Positions 34,096 to 43,570 of a DNA stretch of 64,000 nt are shown piece after piece. Source of the stretch: Candidatus Omnitrophota bacterium (GTDB lineage Bacteria > Omnitrophota > Gorgyraeia > Zapsychrales > Zapsychraceae); NCBI GenBank assembly GCA_029261065.1, contig JAJDCB010000011.1, positions 111,168 through 175,167 of the forward strand, given 5' to 3'. The notes beneath the pieces are model-generated. The model made no database searches. It was given only the letters and a program-made list of their open reading frames with translations, and was not told where the DNA came from. A program made the translations under genes and the position numbers. Each line of letters opens with the position of its first letter. Within the stretch, counting starts at the first letter, position 1.

Positions 34096-34593
34096 ATGGC
34101 TAAAACGAACAGTATGTTTGTCACAATCGGTCTAATTATTTGTATGGTGTTATTTGCTGTTCTTCTGCGTGAAACAAAATTAAAAATTGCGGGAGATGAG
34201 TCGTTACGTGAAACGTATTTAGAAAAAATGCAGAGTTCGATGTTTCATGGAGGCGCTTGGCAAGAGTGGAGTGAGAAGGAGAAAAAAACTTATCTTTTTG
34301 GACTTGAGGATGGCGCATTGAATGTGGCTGCCTATTACAAATTATCATGGGATGAACGTAATCGCGCTGTTAAGTCTTTACCGAGTTTTGGCGCCGCCGT
34401 TAGTCGCGATATGCTCATCCAAACGCTGGATGATTTTTATTCTGACCCCAATAATATCAACGTCGCGATCCCCCATGCTGTATTAAGAATCACCAACCAA
34501 GTCCTGGGCATCGAGGATCCCTTAGAAGAAAAACAAAATACATATTTCAGCCAAGAATTACAAAAATTCCACGACAATCAAAAAAACCCTTAG
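34096..34593 (+). CDS. Hypothetical protein with an N-terminal transmembrane anchor
   Basis: MAKTNSMFVTIGLIICMVLFAVLLRE..., with an RBS-like GGGGGAAG upstream. No recognisable motif. Confidence 0.45.
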   Translation: MAKTNSMFVTIGLIICMVLFAVLLRETKLKIAGDESLRETYLEKMQSSMFHGGAWQEWSEKEKKTYLFGLEDGALNVAAYYKLSWDERNRAVKSLPSFGAAVSRDMLIQTLDDFYSDPNNINVAIPHAVLRITNQVLGIEDPLEEKQNTYFSQELQKFHDNQKNP

Positions 34594-34605
34594 GGTGAGT
34601 ATTTT

Positions 34606-36138
34606 TCATCCCCACCACCCCCGATCCAAACATCGATATTGAATCGCCTCGGCCATGTGATGCGGTTCGATGTTGGTTTTATGTTCCATATCAGCAATGG
34701 TCCGTGAAACTTTTAGGATTTTATCGTAAGAGCGCGCGGATAGCCCAAGTTCGTCGATTGCTTTTTTAAGAAGCTCTTTGCAATCCTGGCTAAGAGGGCA
34801 GGAGGTTTTGATTTGACGATGTGTCATATACGAGTTGGCATGAATCGTTGATCCTAAAAATCGTTGATGTTGTATCTCGCGGGTTTGTGTTGTGCGTTGT
34901 TTGATTTCTTTTGAACTTTCAGATTTTTGTTGTGACATGATTTGAAGCGATGGAAGAGAAGGGACTTCTAGATGGATATCAATTCTATCAAGGAGTGGCC
35001 CTGAAATTTTAGACATATATTTTTGAATTTGTTGCGGATGACATTGGCACTTTTTTTTAGGGTCGGTGTACCAACCACACGGACAAGGATTCATCGCACA
35101 GATCAACATAAAATGTGAGGGAAAGCGAACAGTCTTTGTGGCACGGGATATGGTGACATAGTGATCTTCGAGCGGTTGACGTAAGGCTTCTAAGACGTTG
35201 CGATTAAACTCGGGAAGTTCATCAAGAAAAAGAACACCGTTGTGACTTAAAGTGACCTCACCTGGTTTAGGATTGGATCGACCACCAACGATAGCAACAT
35301 CTGAGGTGGTGTGATGAGGCGAGCGAAAAGGTCTGTGGGTGAGCAATGATTCCCCCCTATTGAGTAATCCCATGACGGAATGAATTTTGGTTGTTTCAAG
35401 CGCCTCTTCTAAATTCATATCCGGCAAGATAGAGGGGATACGTTTAGCGAGCATGCTTTTGCCACTTCCAGGAGGACCGATGAGCAAGCAGTTGTGCGCG
35501 CCCGCCGCTGCAATCTCTAAACCACGTTTGACATGGCTTTGCCCTTTGACTTCACTAAAATCAATGTCTAGGGATTGTTTCTTTATAAGATAACTTGCCG
35601 TATCAACATCAACGGGTTTTATAGAATCGGAGTTATCTAAAAAGTAGACGACATCGTTAAGTGTTTTAACAGGATAAATATGGGTGTGATCAACGATCGC
35701 TGCTTCTTGAGCATTTTTATCTGGAAGGATAAGACCTTGAAATTTATCTTTGGGCATATTAAGCGCCACAGATAAAGCCCCGTTAATCGGTTGAATGCGT
35801 CCATCAAGAGAAAGTTCGCCAAGATAAACATATTGTCCCAAGGCCTGTGGATTGATTTGCTCCGTTGCCGCAAGCACTCCTAAAGCAATCGCTAAATCAA
35901 AAGACGGGCCTTCTTTTTTGGTATCAGCGGGAGATAAGTTGATTGTTATTCGCCGTGTTGGAAGTTTAAATCCTGTATTCTTAATGGCTGAACGCACGCG
36001 CTCCTTACTTTCTCGAATCGCACTATCTGGTAAACCGACAATAATAATTCCTGGCAAGCCACGCGAGACGTCGACTTCAATGACAACCTTAAAGGCATCT
36101 AATCCAGAAATTCCATATGAATATGTTTTGGCTAGCAT
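34606..36138 (-). CDS. comM: YifB/ComM family Mg-chelatase-like AAA+ ATPase
   Basis: N-terminal Lon-like MLAKTYSYGISGLDAFKVVIEVDVSRGLPGIIIVGLPDSAIRESKERVRSAI, Walker A LLIGPPGSGKSMLAKR and a C-terminal Mg-chelatase domain. Confidence 0.9.
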   Translation of the reverse strand: MLAKTYSYGISGLDAFKVVIEVDVSRGLPGIIIVGLPDSAIRESKERVRSAIKNTGFKLPTRRITINLSPADTKKEGPSFDLAIALGVLAATEQINPQALGQYVYLGELSLDGRIQPINGALSVALNMPKDKFQGLILPDKNAQEAAIVDHTHIYPVKTLNDVVYFLDNSDSIKPVDVDTASYLIKKQSLDIDFSEVKGQSHVKRGLEIAAAGAHNCLLIGPPGSGKSMLAKRIPSILPDMNLEEALETTKIHSVMGLLNRGESLLTHRPFRSPHHTTSDVAIVGGRSNPKPGEVTLSHNGVLFLDELPEFNRNVLEALRQPLEDHYVTISRATKTVRFPSHFMLICAMNPCPCGWYTDPKKKCQCHPQQIQKYMSKISGPLLDRIDIHLEVPSLPSLQIMSQQKSESSKEIKQRTTQTREIQHQRFLGSTIHANSYMTHRQIKTSCPLSQDCKELLKKAIDELGLSARSYDKILKVSRTIADMEHKTNIEPHHMAEAIQYRCLDRGWWG

Positions 36139-36548
36139 GATTTATCCTTTTTCTTGTTAGGTGTAAATCCAATAGGATTTTTTTGTTTAGAGGGAGGATC
36201 AATTAATCGTTTGATTGCATTAAAAACAATTCGTAATTGATGGCCGTATTTTTTCTCCATCGTTTTGATTTTGCGTCTTAAGTCTTTGTGCGTCGTCATT
36301 AATTCTCGAAGTTTAGTGAACGTTCGCATAATTTGGATATTGACCTGAATGGCTTGTGTGCTATTTAAGACACTAGAAAGCATTAAAATACCATGCTCCG
36401 TAAAGGCCAAGGGTAGTTTTCGAGTACCATCCCAACTTGATGTGCCAAAATGGCACTTCAAGTCTGTAAACTTAAATTTTAAGTTTCTCCTTGTGACAAT
36501 TGGAACACGAAGTCCACAAGGTATAGTTGTTTTTAAAAATTTAGGCAA
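36132..36548 (-). CDS. ORF6N-domain protein (phage/plasmid-associated; possibly N-terminally truncated)
   Basis: KLPLAFTEHGILMLSSVLNSTQAIQVNIQIMRTFTKLRE matches the ORF6N core (YAFTEQGVAMLSSVL...AVQVNI.IMRAF..LRE). The usual N-terminal IRGQKVMLD block is not evident. Confidence 0.45.
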   Translation of the reverse strand: MPKFLKTTIPCGLRVPIVTRRNLKFKFTDLKCHFGTSSWDGTRKLPLAFTEHGILMLSSVLNSTQAIQVNIQIMRTFTKLRELMTTHKDLRRKIKTMEKKYGHQLRIVFNAIKRLIDPPSKQKNPIGFTPNKKKDKSC

Positions 36549-36948
36549 AATGAATTTCTATGAGAATTTGTCTAGTTTTTTGGGAAGTATTTATAATTTG
36601 GGGAAATTTTTTTGGGGTAGGGGTATTCCGAATTGACTAAAGATAGCACACAATAGATTTTTGGTCAAGGATGGGATAAGTTTGACTTTGGAGTTTCTGG
36701 AGGGTGAGGTTATGAATGCCGTAAAAATTTGTGCTTTTTTCAGCCTGCAAAAGCCCTTGCATTTTTGAAGCTCAAGTTTATAATGTAGATTACTATTACG
36801 TCCTTGGAGGCTATCTGTGGGTCATTTGTTTTGAGGTTTTGAGTGTTGAAAACATTACGTTTACAACAAAAAATACCATAAAATAAAACATTTACGGATG
36901 GCAACTTATCGATACTAATCAATACCAAATACACGAAATGTCCCCAAA

Positions 36949-37392
36949 TTGAGCGATTTGCTGAATAACAAAATTTTGATAACTACCTTAGCTGTTTGGG
37001 CTATTGCACAGACCCTAAAGGTGGTATTGGGGGTATTTAGGGAAAAACGGTTTAATTTTAAATGGTTTATCGGGACTGGCGGGATGCCTTCCAGTCATGC
37101 GGCTGGTGCGACGGCGTTGGCAACGAGTTGTGGGCTTCATGAAGGGTTTGGATCTGTAGCTTTTGCGTTATCAACAGTTTTTGCTCTTGTTACAATGTTT
37201 GATGCTCAAGGGGTTAGGCGTTCAGCTGGTCAGCAAGCCGTCATCTTAAATCAAATATTAGATGATATGTATTGGAAAGGCAAGATTGAAGCAGAACGTT
37301 TGTTTGAATTGATAGGACATTCTCCTCTTCAGGTTATTGCTGGAGGTGTTTTAGGTGTTGTCTTGGCGGCATATTTTTTTCAAGTTTGGTAA
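36949..37392 (+). CDS. Divergent PAP2 / DUF212 family membrane protein (YuiD-like)
   Basis: TGGMPSSHAAGATALA is the DUF212 signature; the protein has 4 TM segments and is 147 aa. Confidence 0.7.
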   Translation: MSDLLNNKILITTLAVWAIAQTLKVVLGVFREKRFNFKWFIGTGGMPSSHAAGATALATSCGLHEGFGSVAFALSTVFALVTMFDAQGVRRSAGQQAVILNQILDDMYWKGKIEAERLFELIGHSPLQVIAGGVLGVVLAAYFFQVW

Positions 37393-37517
37393 TAAATTTT
37401 TTGTAATAAGAATTTTGAAGTCTATTATTTAGTTTTTTCAACAAAGTTAAAGAGGATCAATACGAAAACGGGGTTACCCTGTGATCATAATTACAAACTT
37501 AGCCAGGAGGGCGATAC

Positions 37518-38363
37518 GTGTTTAATTTAAGAAATATTATCATCGGGGCTGTTGGCATTGTATTAGTTGTTGTTATTTTAGTTGGTGTGGGACGTAATAA
37601 AGGATCGGAGAATGTCGTAACGGTTTCAGCAGATGATTCAACTTCTTCTAGCCAAGTTGACTCCACAGCACAACAACTGTTTGAGAAAGCAGAAAGCCTA
37701 AAGCGTGATAATAATCTTGTAGAGGCCAGAACACATTTCCAAGAAATTTCAAATGATTATCCTGATTTTGAAAATATTGAATATATAGAAAAAGAATTAG
37801 CGAAAATTAATATGAAAATTATTTTCTCTAATACGCCCACGGAAAAAGGAATTGTACATGAAGTTGTTTCTGGGGATACTTTAGGTAAGTTGGCTAAGAA
37901 ATATGGAACAACAATTGAGTTAATTAAAATTAGTAATCATCTTAAAAGTGATGTCATACGTTTAGGTGCAAAATTAAGAATTTGGACAGGGACATTTAAT
38001 ATCTACGTTGATAAATCGCAGAATATCCTTATTTTAAAAGATGAAGATAGTGTTGTTAAGGTTTATGATGTATCAACGGGAAAAAATAATAGTACGCCAG
38101 TTGGAGAATTTAAGATTACGACAAGGCTTATTGATCCTGTTTGGTTTAATCAAGGCGCTGTTGTTCCTGCCGAAAGCCCACAAAATGTATTAGGAACGCG
38201 TTGGTTAGGTTTTGATATACCTGGATATGGCATTCACGGTACGGTAGAACCTGGTACAATCGGTCAGCAAGTAACGGCGGGATGTGTCAGAATGAAGAAC
38301 GAGGATGTCGAGGAATTATATAGTATTATCCCTCTTAAAACTAAAGTTGTTATTACAGATTAA
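37518..38363 (+). CDS. LysM-domain L,D-transpeptidase (YkuD family)
   Basis: N-terminal TM anchor, the LysM block HEVVSGDTLGKLAKKYGTTIELIKISNHL, and the catalytic GYGIHGT...GCVRM (His/Cys) motif. Confidence 0.8.
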   Translation: MFNLRNIIIGAVGIVLVVVILVGVGRNKGSENVVTVSADDSTSSSQVDSTAQQLFEKAESLKRDNNLVEARTHFQEISNDYPDFENIEYIEKELAKINMKIIFSNTPTEKGIVHEVVSGDTLGKLAKKYGTTIELIKISNHLKSDVIRLGAKLRIWTGTFNIYVDKSQNILILKDEDSVVKVYDVSTGKNNSTPVGEFKITTRLIDPVWFNQGAVVPAESPQNVLGTRWLGFDIPGYGIHGTVEPGTIGQQVTAGCVRMKNEDVEELYSIIPLKTKVVITD

Positions 38364-38479
38364 CAAAGAGTTATGAGCTTAGAGTATGATGCTTTCAATA
38401 ACATTATTTTCTAAGTTTTTGCTCTTATTGACATTTTCTTTAATATAAGGAAATGACAAATAATGGGGTGGTTGTTGTG

Positions 38480-39430
38480 ATGTTAGAATTTGAAAAACCC
38501 ATATATGAATTAGAAGTTAAGATTGAAGAGCTTAGGAATTTTGGATCTGATAAAAATATTAAATTGGATCCGGAAATAAAGAAGCTTGAAGAAAAATTGG
38601 AAAAAATGAAGAGAGAGATTTATTCCAATCTTTCTACGTGGCAACGTGTGCAAATTGCACGTCATCCTGATAGGCCTTATACACTAGATTATGTCCGTTT
38701 GATTATGACAGATTTTGTGGAATTGCATGGCGATCGGCAATTTGCTGATGATCATGCTATGGTTGCTGGCTTTGCTAAGTTGGGTGATACGAAGGTTCTT
38801 GTTATTGGTCAGCAAAAGGGGCGTGATACCAAAGAATCTTTAGTGCGCAATTTCGGTTGTGCTCATCCTGAAGGTTATCGCAAGGCGATTCGGCTAATGC
38901 AGTTGGCTGAAAAGTTTCAACTTCCGGTTGTTATATTTATCGATACACCAGGCGCCTATCCAGGGATGGGGGCGGAGGAGCGAGGTCAGGCACAAGCGAT
39001 CGCAGAAAATTTAAAAGACATGGCGAACATTAGTGTCCCAATCGTTGCAACAGTAATTGGTGAGGGAGGAAGCGGTGGTGCATTAGGTATTGGCATTGCA
39101 GACCGTGTTTTTATTTTAGAACATGCGTATTATTCAGTCATTTCTCCCGAGGGCTGCGCATCCATTCTTTGGCGAAATGCTGTTAAGGCTCCTGAAGCAG
39201 CTGAAGTCTTAAAAATTACCTCAGAACATTTATTAAAATTTGGTATCGTTGAAGCAATCATTAAAGAACCTCTCGGTGGCGTTCACCATGATCCAGTCTC
39301 TTTATCCCATCAGTTAAAAGATGTTATTCTTAAAAATATTCAAGAACTTTCGAAATTACCAAAAGAAGAATTGTTAGAACAGCGTTACCAGAAGTTTCGA
39401 AAAGTAGGCGAATATATCGAAGAAGCATAA
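38480..39430 (+). CDS. accA: Acetyl-CoA carboxylase carboxyltransferase alpha subunit
   Basis: MLEFEKPIYELEVKIEELR aligns with the AccA N-terminus; FIDTPGAYPG and GEGGSGGAL motifs are present. The start is chosen at the internal ATG; the track ORF starts 27 nt upstream. Confidence 0.85.
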   Translation: MLEFEKPIYELEVKIEELRNFGSDKNIKLDPEIKKLEEKLEKMKREIYSNLSTWQRVQIARHPDRPYTLDYVRLIMTDFVELHGDRQFADDHAMVAGFAKLGDTKVLVIGQQKGRDTKESLVRNFGCAHPEGYRKAIRLMQLAEKFQLPVVIFIDTPGAYPGMGAEERGQAQAIAENLKDMANISVPIVATVIGEGGSGGALGIGIADRVFILEHAYYSVISPEGCASILWRNAVKAPEAAEVLKITSEHLLKFGIVEAIIKEPLGGVHHDPVSLSHQLKDVILKNIQELSKLPKEELLEQRYQKFRKVGEYIEEA

Positions 39431-39445
39431 ATAAAAAACGAAATT

Positions 39446-40480
39446 ATGACGACCATAAAAGATATTAGAGAATTATCTTATCCTGAGCTAGTGGACTATT
39501 GTTTATCCATCAATGAGCCTGATTACCGTGCTACTCAAATTTTTGAATGGATCTATCAAAAGAGTACTAGTTCTTTTGATGAGATGAGAAATTTATCAGA
39601 AACGTTAAAAAATCAATTAAATAAAGACTTTGTTTTTAAACCATTAGATATCGAGAAAAAAGAGGTGTCGGAAGATGGAACAACAAAGTTTTTATTTAAT
39701 TTAGATGATGGGCAACGTGTCGAAACGGTTTTGATTCCAGCGAAGACGAGAACAACAGTGTGCGTCTCAACCCAAGCAGGGTGTAAGTTTGGATGTAAGT
39801 TTTGTGCGAGTGGAATTGGAGGGTGGACGCGTAATTTAGCAACAGCGGAAATTTTAGCCCAGATATTGCATGTCAAAGAAGAGTCCCTTAAACATAAAAA
39901 GCCATTATCGCATGTAGTATTTATGGGGGTTGGTGAGCCGCTTGATAATTTTGATTATTTAATGAAAGCGATTAGAATGATTAATAATAAAAAGGCATTA
40001 AATATTGGTGCAAGACGGATAACAGTCTCGACATGTGGTGTTATTCCTAAGATTCATGATTTAGGAAAACAAGGATTGCAAATTGAACTCGCCATATCTT
40101 TACACGGATTTGATAATGATTCACGAAATGTTTTAATGCCCGTCAATAAAAAGTATCCTTTTAATGAATTGATGAAGGCTTGTCGTGAGTACATAAAATC
40201 TACTAAACGACAAATTACCTTCGAATATATCTTGATCAAGGATGTGACCTGTTCGAATGAAGCCGTTCAGTCATTAAAGAAGGCCTTTCAGGGGATGATT
40301 TGTAAAATGAACTTAATTCCTTACAACCCTGTAAAAGAGTTTGATCATCAGACACCTACGCGGCAAGAAATTTATCAGTTTAAAGATCAATTGGAAAAGT
40401 TTGGTGTGCATGCCACTGTGCGCATGCCAAGAGGGCGCGACATTTCAGGCGCTTGTGGGCAATTGCGACTTAGACAGTAA
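39446..40480 (+). CDS. rlmN: 23S rRNA/tRNA m2A methyltransferase RlmN (radical SAM)
   Basis: CVSTQAGCKFGCKFCASG carries the CxxxCxxC radical-SAM cluster plus an extra Cys, and MGVGEPLDN is present. 344 aa. Confidence 0.85.
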   Translation: MTTIKDIRELSYPELVDYCLSINEPDYRATQIFEWIYQKSTSSFDEMRNLSETLKNQLNKDFVFKPLDIEKKEVSEDGTTKFLFNLDDGQRVETVLIPAKTRTTVCVSTQAGCKFGCKFCASGIGGWTRNLATAEILAQILHVKEESLKHKKPLSHVVFMGVGEPLDNFDYLMKAIRMINNKKALNIGARRITVSTCGVIPKIHDLGKQGLQIELAISLHGFDNDSRNVLMPVNKKYPFNELMKACREYIKSTKRQITFEYILIKDVTCSNEAVQSLKKAFQGMICKMNLIPYNPVKEFDHQTPTRQEIYQFKDQLEKFGVHATVRMPRGRDISGACGQLRLRQ

Positions 40481-40569
40481 TTATCGAGGTATTCATCATT
40501 AATATATTTTTAGATAAGTTAAAAAGGATATCGGATAGTCCCGCTAAAAGTATAGGGGTTATCGTATTT

Positions 40570-42222
40570 TTGACACTTTGTGCCTTTGGTAATATTTATT
40601 TTAACGATTTTGTTTTAGATGATATCGACTTTATCGTTAACTGGCCTCTCATTCGCGATCTTCGAAATATTCCAAAATTTTTTATTGGATACACCCCACC
40701 TGTTGGACAAGAAGGCGTTTATTCTCCTCTTAAGACATTAATTCATGCCATTAATTACAATTTATTTAAAGAAAATCCTTTTGGATATCATGTTATTGCG
40801 ATTGCAATTCACCTTCTCGGGACGGTATTTGCTTACAAAATAATTTCCCTTTTAACAAAGAACAATTTAGTTTCCTTTTTAAGTGCATTATTTTTTGGAT
40901 TGCATCCTGTCCATGCTGGCGTCATCACAAACTTAACTGGCAGTGTTGATGCTGCTGGTATGGCATTTATGTTTATTGCTTTTTATTACTATATGCAAAC
41001 AAGCGCAGATACCTCTGCTTTTAAAGAAAAAAGTTATTGGAAGTCAATCGTGTTTGCTTTTTTAGCTGTCTATACGCATGAACTTGTTATCACATTGCCA
41101 TTGGTCATTTTTTGGTATGACTTGTGTTTTAAGAGATATAGAAAATCGGTAACTGAATGTGCGATTCGCGTGGCACCATTTTTCTTAATCGTTGGCACAT
41201 ATGTAATCGCCAAGTTTTTAAATTTCGGAACAATATTAAGAGGCGGGTATCTTTATGATAATTTTATATTAACGCAACTTGTTATTATTAAGGCGTTGTG
41301 GAAATATGTGATGATTTGTTTTTTTCCTTTCAAGTTAACGCATAATCATGTCATTTCACCAGGTATTTATTCGTTTTCATTCGATGATTTCGATAAAGCA
41401 TCCGTCTTATCACAGTCTTTTTTTGAATGGAAGGTTATATTATCCATATGTCTTTTGATTGGCCTGTTGTATTGGGCGATCAAATCTTGGAAGAAAAATC
41501 CTCTTATCACGTTTTCTATTGGGTGGTTTTATATATGTTTACTTCCGGTTTTACAACTTGTCCCTAGCGCCGTTTTGTTTGCTGAAAGATATTTATATCC
41601 TGGATCCATGACATTTTGTTTACTGTTAGCCTTATGTTTATCTAAGGGTTTGGAGCAAGCGAATAAGTCTATTAAGACGTTATCTGTGTTGTTTTTTATT
41701 TTTTGCGTTATTTTTTATTCGGGCAGAACATGGATGCGCAGTGCAGATTTTAAAGATGAGATCACCCTTTTTGAAACGGTTGTAAAAGCTAACCCCAAAA
41801 GTGCTCTTATGCGCACAGATTTAGGGGTGGTTTATACACGTTTCGAACAGAACCAAAAAGCCTTGAATAGTTTTCATGAAGCTCTTAAAATTCGTCAGGA
41901 CGATGCTGACATTTATTTTTTAATGTCAGAGCCATATATTCAGTTAAATGATCATGATAAAGCACGCGAAGCTTTATTAAAGGCGATTGAGTTAAATCCA
42001 GATTATGCGGATGCCTATTATAATTTAGCTGGTTTGTATGCCATGAGCGAAGAGGAGGACAAAGCTATGGCTGCAATTAATACATCCATGAATTTGTATC
42101 ACACCCAAGGGCGCGATCAAGAGGCAACGGAGTATCTAGCCGTTTTCTTAAATTATTTTTACCCCGAGCTTAACAAAGAGTTAATGGAAGGTTTAATTCA
42201 AGAAATGATAGAAAAACAATAG
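40570..42222 (+). CDS. Second TPR-containing GT-C glycosyltransferase (TMTC / PMT_2-like paralogue); start uncertain
   Basis: NDFVLDD...YSPL...YHVIAIAIH parallels the 31078 gene; multiple TMs; C-terminal TPRs (LGVVYTRFEQNQKALNSFHEALKIRQDD...). The expected N-terminal TM helix (SIGVIVFLTLCAFGNIYF) is encoded in-frame upstream of the TTG at 40570, but no ATG/GTG/TTG start precedes it before the in-frame TAA at 40516. Confidence 0.6.
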   Translation: MTLCAFGNIYFNDFVLDDIDFIVNWPLIRDLRNIPKFFIGYTPPVGQEGVYSPLKTLIHAINYNLFKENPFGYHVIAIAIHLLGTVFAYKIISLLTKNNLVSFLSALFFGLHPVHAGVITNLTGSVDAAGMAFMFIAFYYYMQTSADTSAFKEKSYWKSIVFAFLAVYTHELVITLPLVIFWYDLCFKRYRKSVTECAIRVAPFFLIVGTYVIAKFLNFGTILRGGYLYDNFILTQLVIIKALWKYVMICFFPFKLTHNHVISPGIYSFSFDDFDKASVLSQSFFEWKVILSICLLIGLLYWAIKSWKKNPLITFSIGWFYICLLPVLQLVPSAVLFAERYLYPGSMTFCLLLALCLSKGLEQANKSIKTLSVLFFIFCVIFYSGRTWMRSADFKDEITLFETVVKANPKSALMRTDLGVVYTRFEQNQKALNSFHEALKIRQDDADIYFLMSEPYIQLNDHDKAREALLKAIELNPDYADAYYNLAGLYAMSEEEDKAMAAINTSMNLYHTQGRDQEATEYLAVFLNYFYPELNKELMEGLIQEMIEKQ

Positions 42223-42235
42223 GCTGGAATCCATT

Positions 42236-42940
42236 ATGAAGTATTCTTTTCTCTTTCCTGTCTACAATGCCGAATCCCTTTTAAATAATACTTATCGTCA
42301 GATAAAAACGTTTGCTGATACGTTAGATCAAGACTATGAAATCATTTTTTGGGATGATGGAAGTCGTGATGAGTCAGTAAAGAAGTTAGCGGAGATATCA
42401 AAATTATCTAAATCTGTTTTTTTTGGTCGTAATGATCGAAATAGAGGATTAGGTTTCACATTAAGAAAGTTGTTTGACAAAGCGCAAGGTGAGATAGTCA
42501 TCTACTGTGATTGTGATTTGCCTTTTGGGATTGAAGGTATTGAAAAACTGATAGCTAAAATACCTTTAGCTGATATTGTTGTGGCTTCAAGGTATCAGTC
42601 TATTGGGCCTGAAGTCTCATGGATTCGACAAAGGTGTAGTCGCATGTATTATTTTCTAATGAAATGTTTGTTTGCTATTACGGTTAAAGACATCGGTTCT
42701 GGTACGGTGGCCTTTCGATCAGATGTTCTTAAGGGATTGAATCTCAGTCGAGATGGATTTGACATCCATACAGAAATTTTTGTTAAAGCTAGTGATAGAA
42801 AATTTCAAGTAATGGAGGTGGCAGCCCAATCATTTTCTCAAAAATATTCTACATTTAAGATTTTAAAACATGGACCGAAGGTGATATTATCTACGTTAAA
42901 ATTTTGGTTAGATAATAATAAAAAAGAAGTGACCGTTTGA
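42236..42940 (+). CDS. GT2 family glycosyltransferase (polyprenyl-phosphate sugar synthase; Dpm1/GtrB/ArnC-like)
   Basis: SFLFPVYNAE...IIFWDDGSRDES and the DxD motif IYCDCDLPF. 234 aa. Confidence 0.8.
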   Translation: MKYSFLFPVYNAESLLNNTYRQIKTFADTLDQDYEIIFWDDGSRDESVKKLAEISKLSKSVFFGRNDRNRGLGFTLRKLFDKAQGEIVIYCDCDLPFGIEGIEKLIAKIPLADIVVASRYQSIGPEVSWIRQRCSRMYYFLMKCLFAITVKDIGSGTVAFRSDVLKGLNLSRDGFDIHTEIFVKASDRKFQVMEVAAQSFSQKYSTFKILKHGPKVILSTLKFWLDNNKKEVTV

Positions 42941-42965
42941 AGTTGAGTTTGGGGTAAGTTATTTA

Positions 42966-43514
42966 CTACTGCATGGTCGCTTGGATTTGGTTCATGAGTT
43001 GTTTAAGCTTTGGATTTTGCATGAGTTTTTGAACCTTAGCATTGCCTTCCAAACGTGAGGGATCGTAACTTAGTAAATCGCTCATGAGTTCTTGATCAGC
43101 TAGAAGAGCCGCAATTTCAGGATCGCTAAGCAGGGTTTGAATTTGATCCATGAATTGAGGGTTGCTTAAGATGGATCCCTGCAATTGCTGAATCTGTGAT
43201 TCAAATTCAGAATTACCCCCAGCCCCTCCTAAGGCACTTAGTCCGCCAAATCCACTTAAAAGAGAGCTATTACTACCAGATAATGAGGATGCTGCACTAT
43301 TTGTGACATTAATGCTGACAATGTTGGAATCATCAACGGAGAGTTCTCCTAAATTTTTTGTTTTAATCGTATATTGACCATTTCCAAATCCAACGACCTC
43401 TCCCTTGATGACTGTACCGTCTTTAAGGGTGATCGTTTTTTGCGTCTCGGCATAGGCTGGGTTGCCTAGGATTAGGATGAGTGAAAGTATGAGAAAGGGT
43501 GTTCTAATTTTCAT
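42966..43514 (-). CDS. Secreted hypothetical protein with a Gly/Ser-rich linker and an STI1/DP-like C-terminal repeat
   Basis: Signal peptide MKIRTPFLILSLILILGNPAYA-ET. NPQFMDQIQTLLSDPEIAALLADQ...NPKLKQLMNQIQ resembles STI1 (Hop DP) repeats. Confidence 0.45.
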   Translation of the reverse strand: MKIRTPFLILSLILILGNPAYAETQKTITLKDGTVIKGEVVGFGNGQYTIKTKNLGELSVDDSNIVSINVTNSAASSLSGSNSSLLSGFGGLSALGGAGGNSEFESQIQQLQGSILSNPQFMDQIQTLLSDPEIAALLADQELMSDLLSYDPSRLEGNAKVQKLMQNPKLKQLMNQIQATMQ

Positions 43515-43570
43515 AGTATAAGTGTACTTTATAACACCATTGGCGTCAATGCCAGGGGAGCTAAATATGT

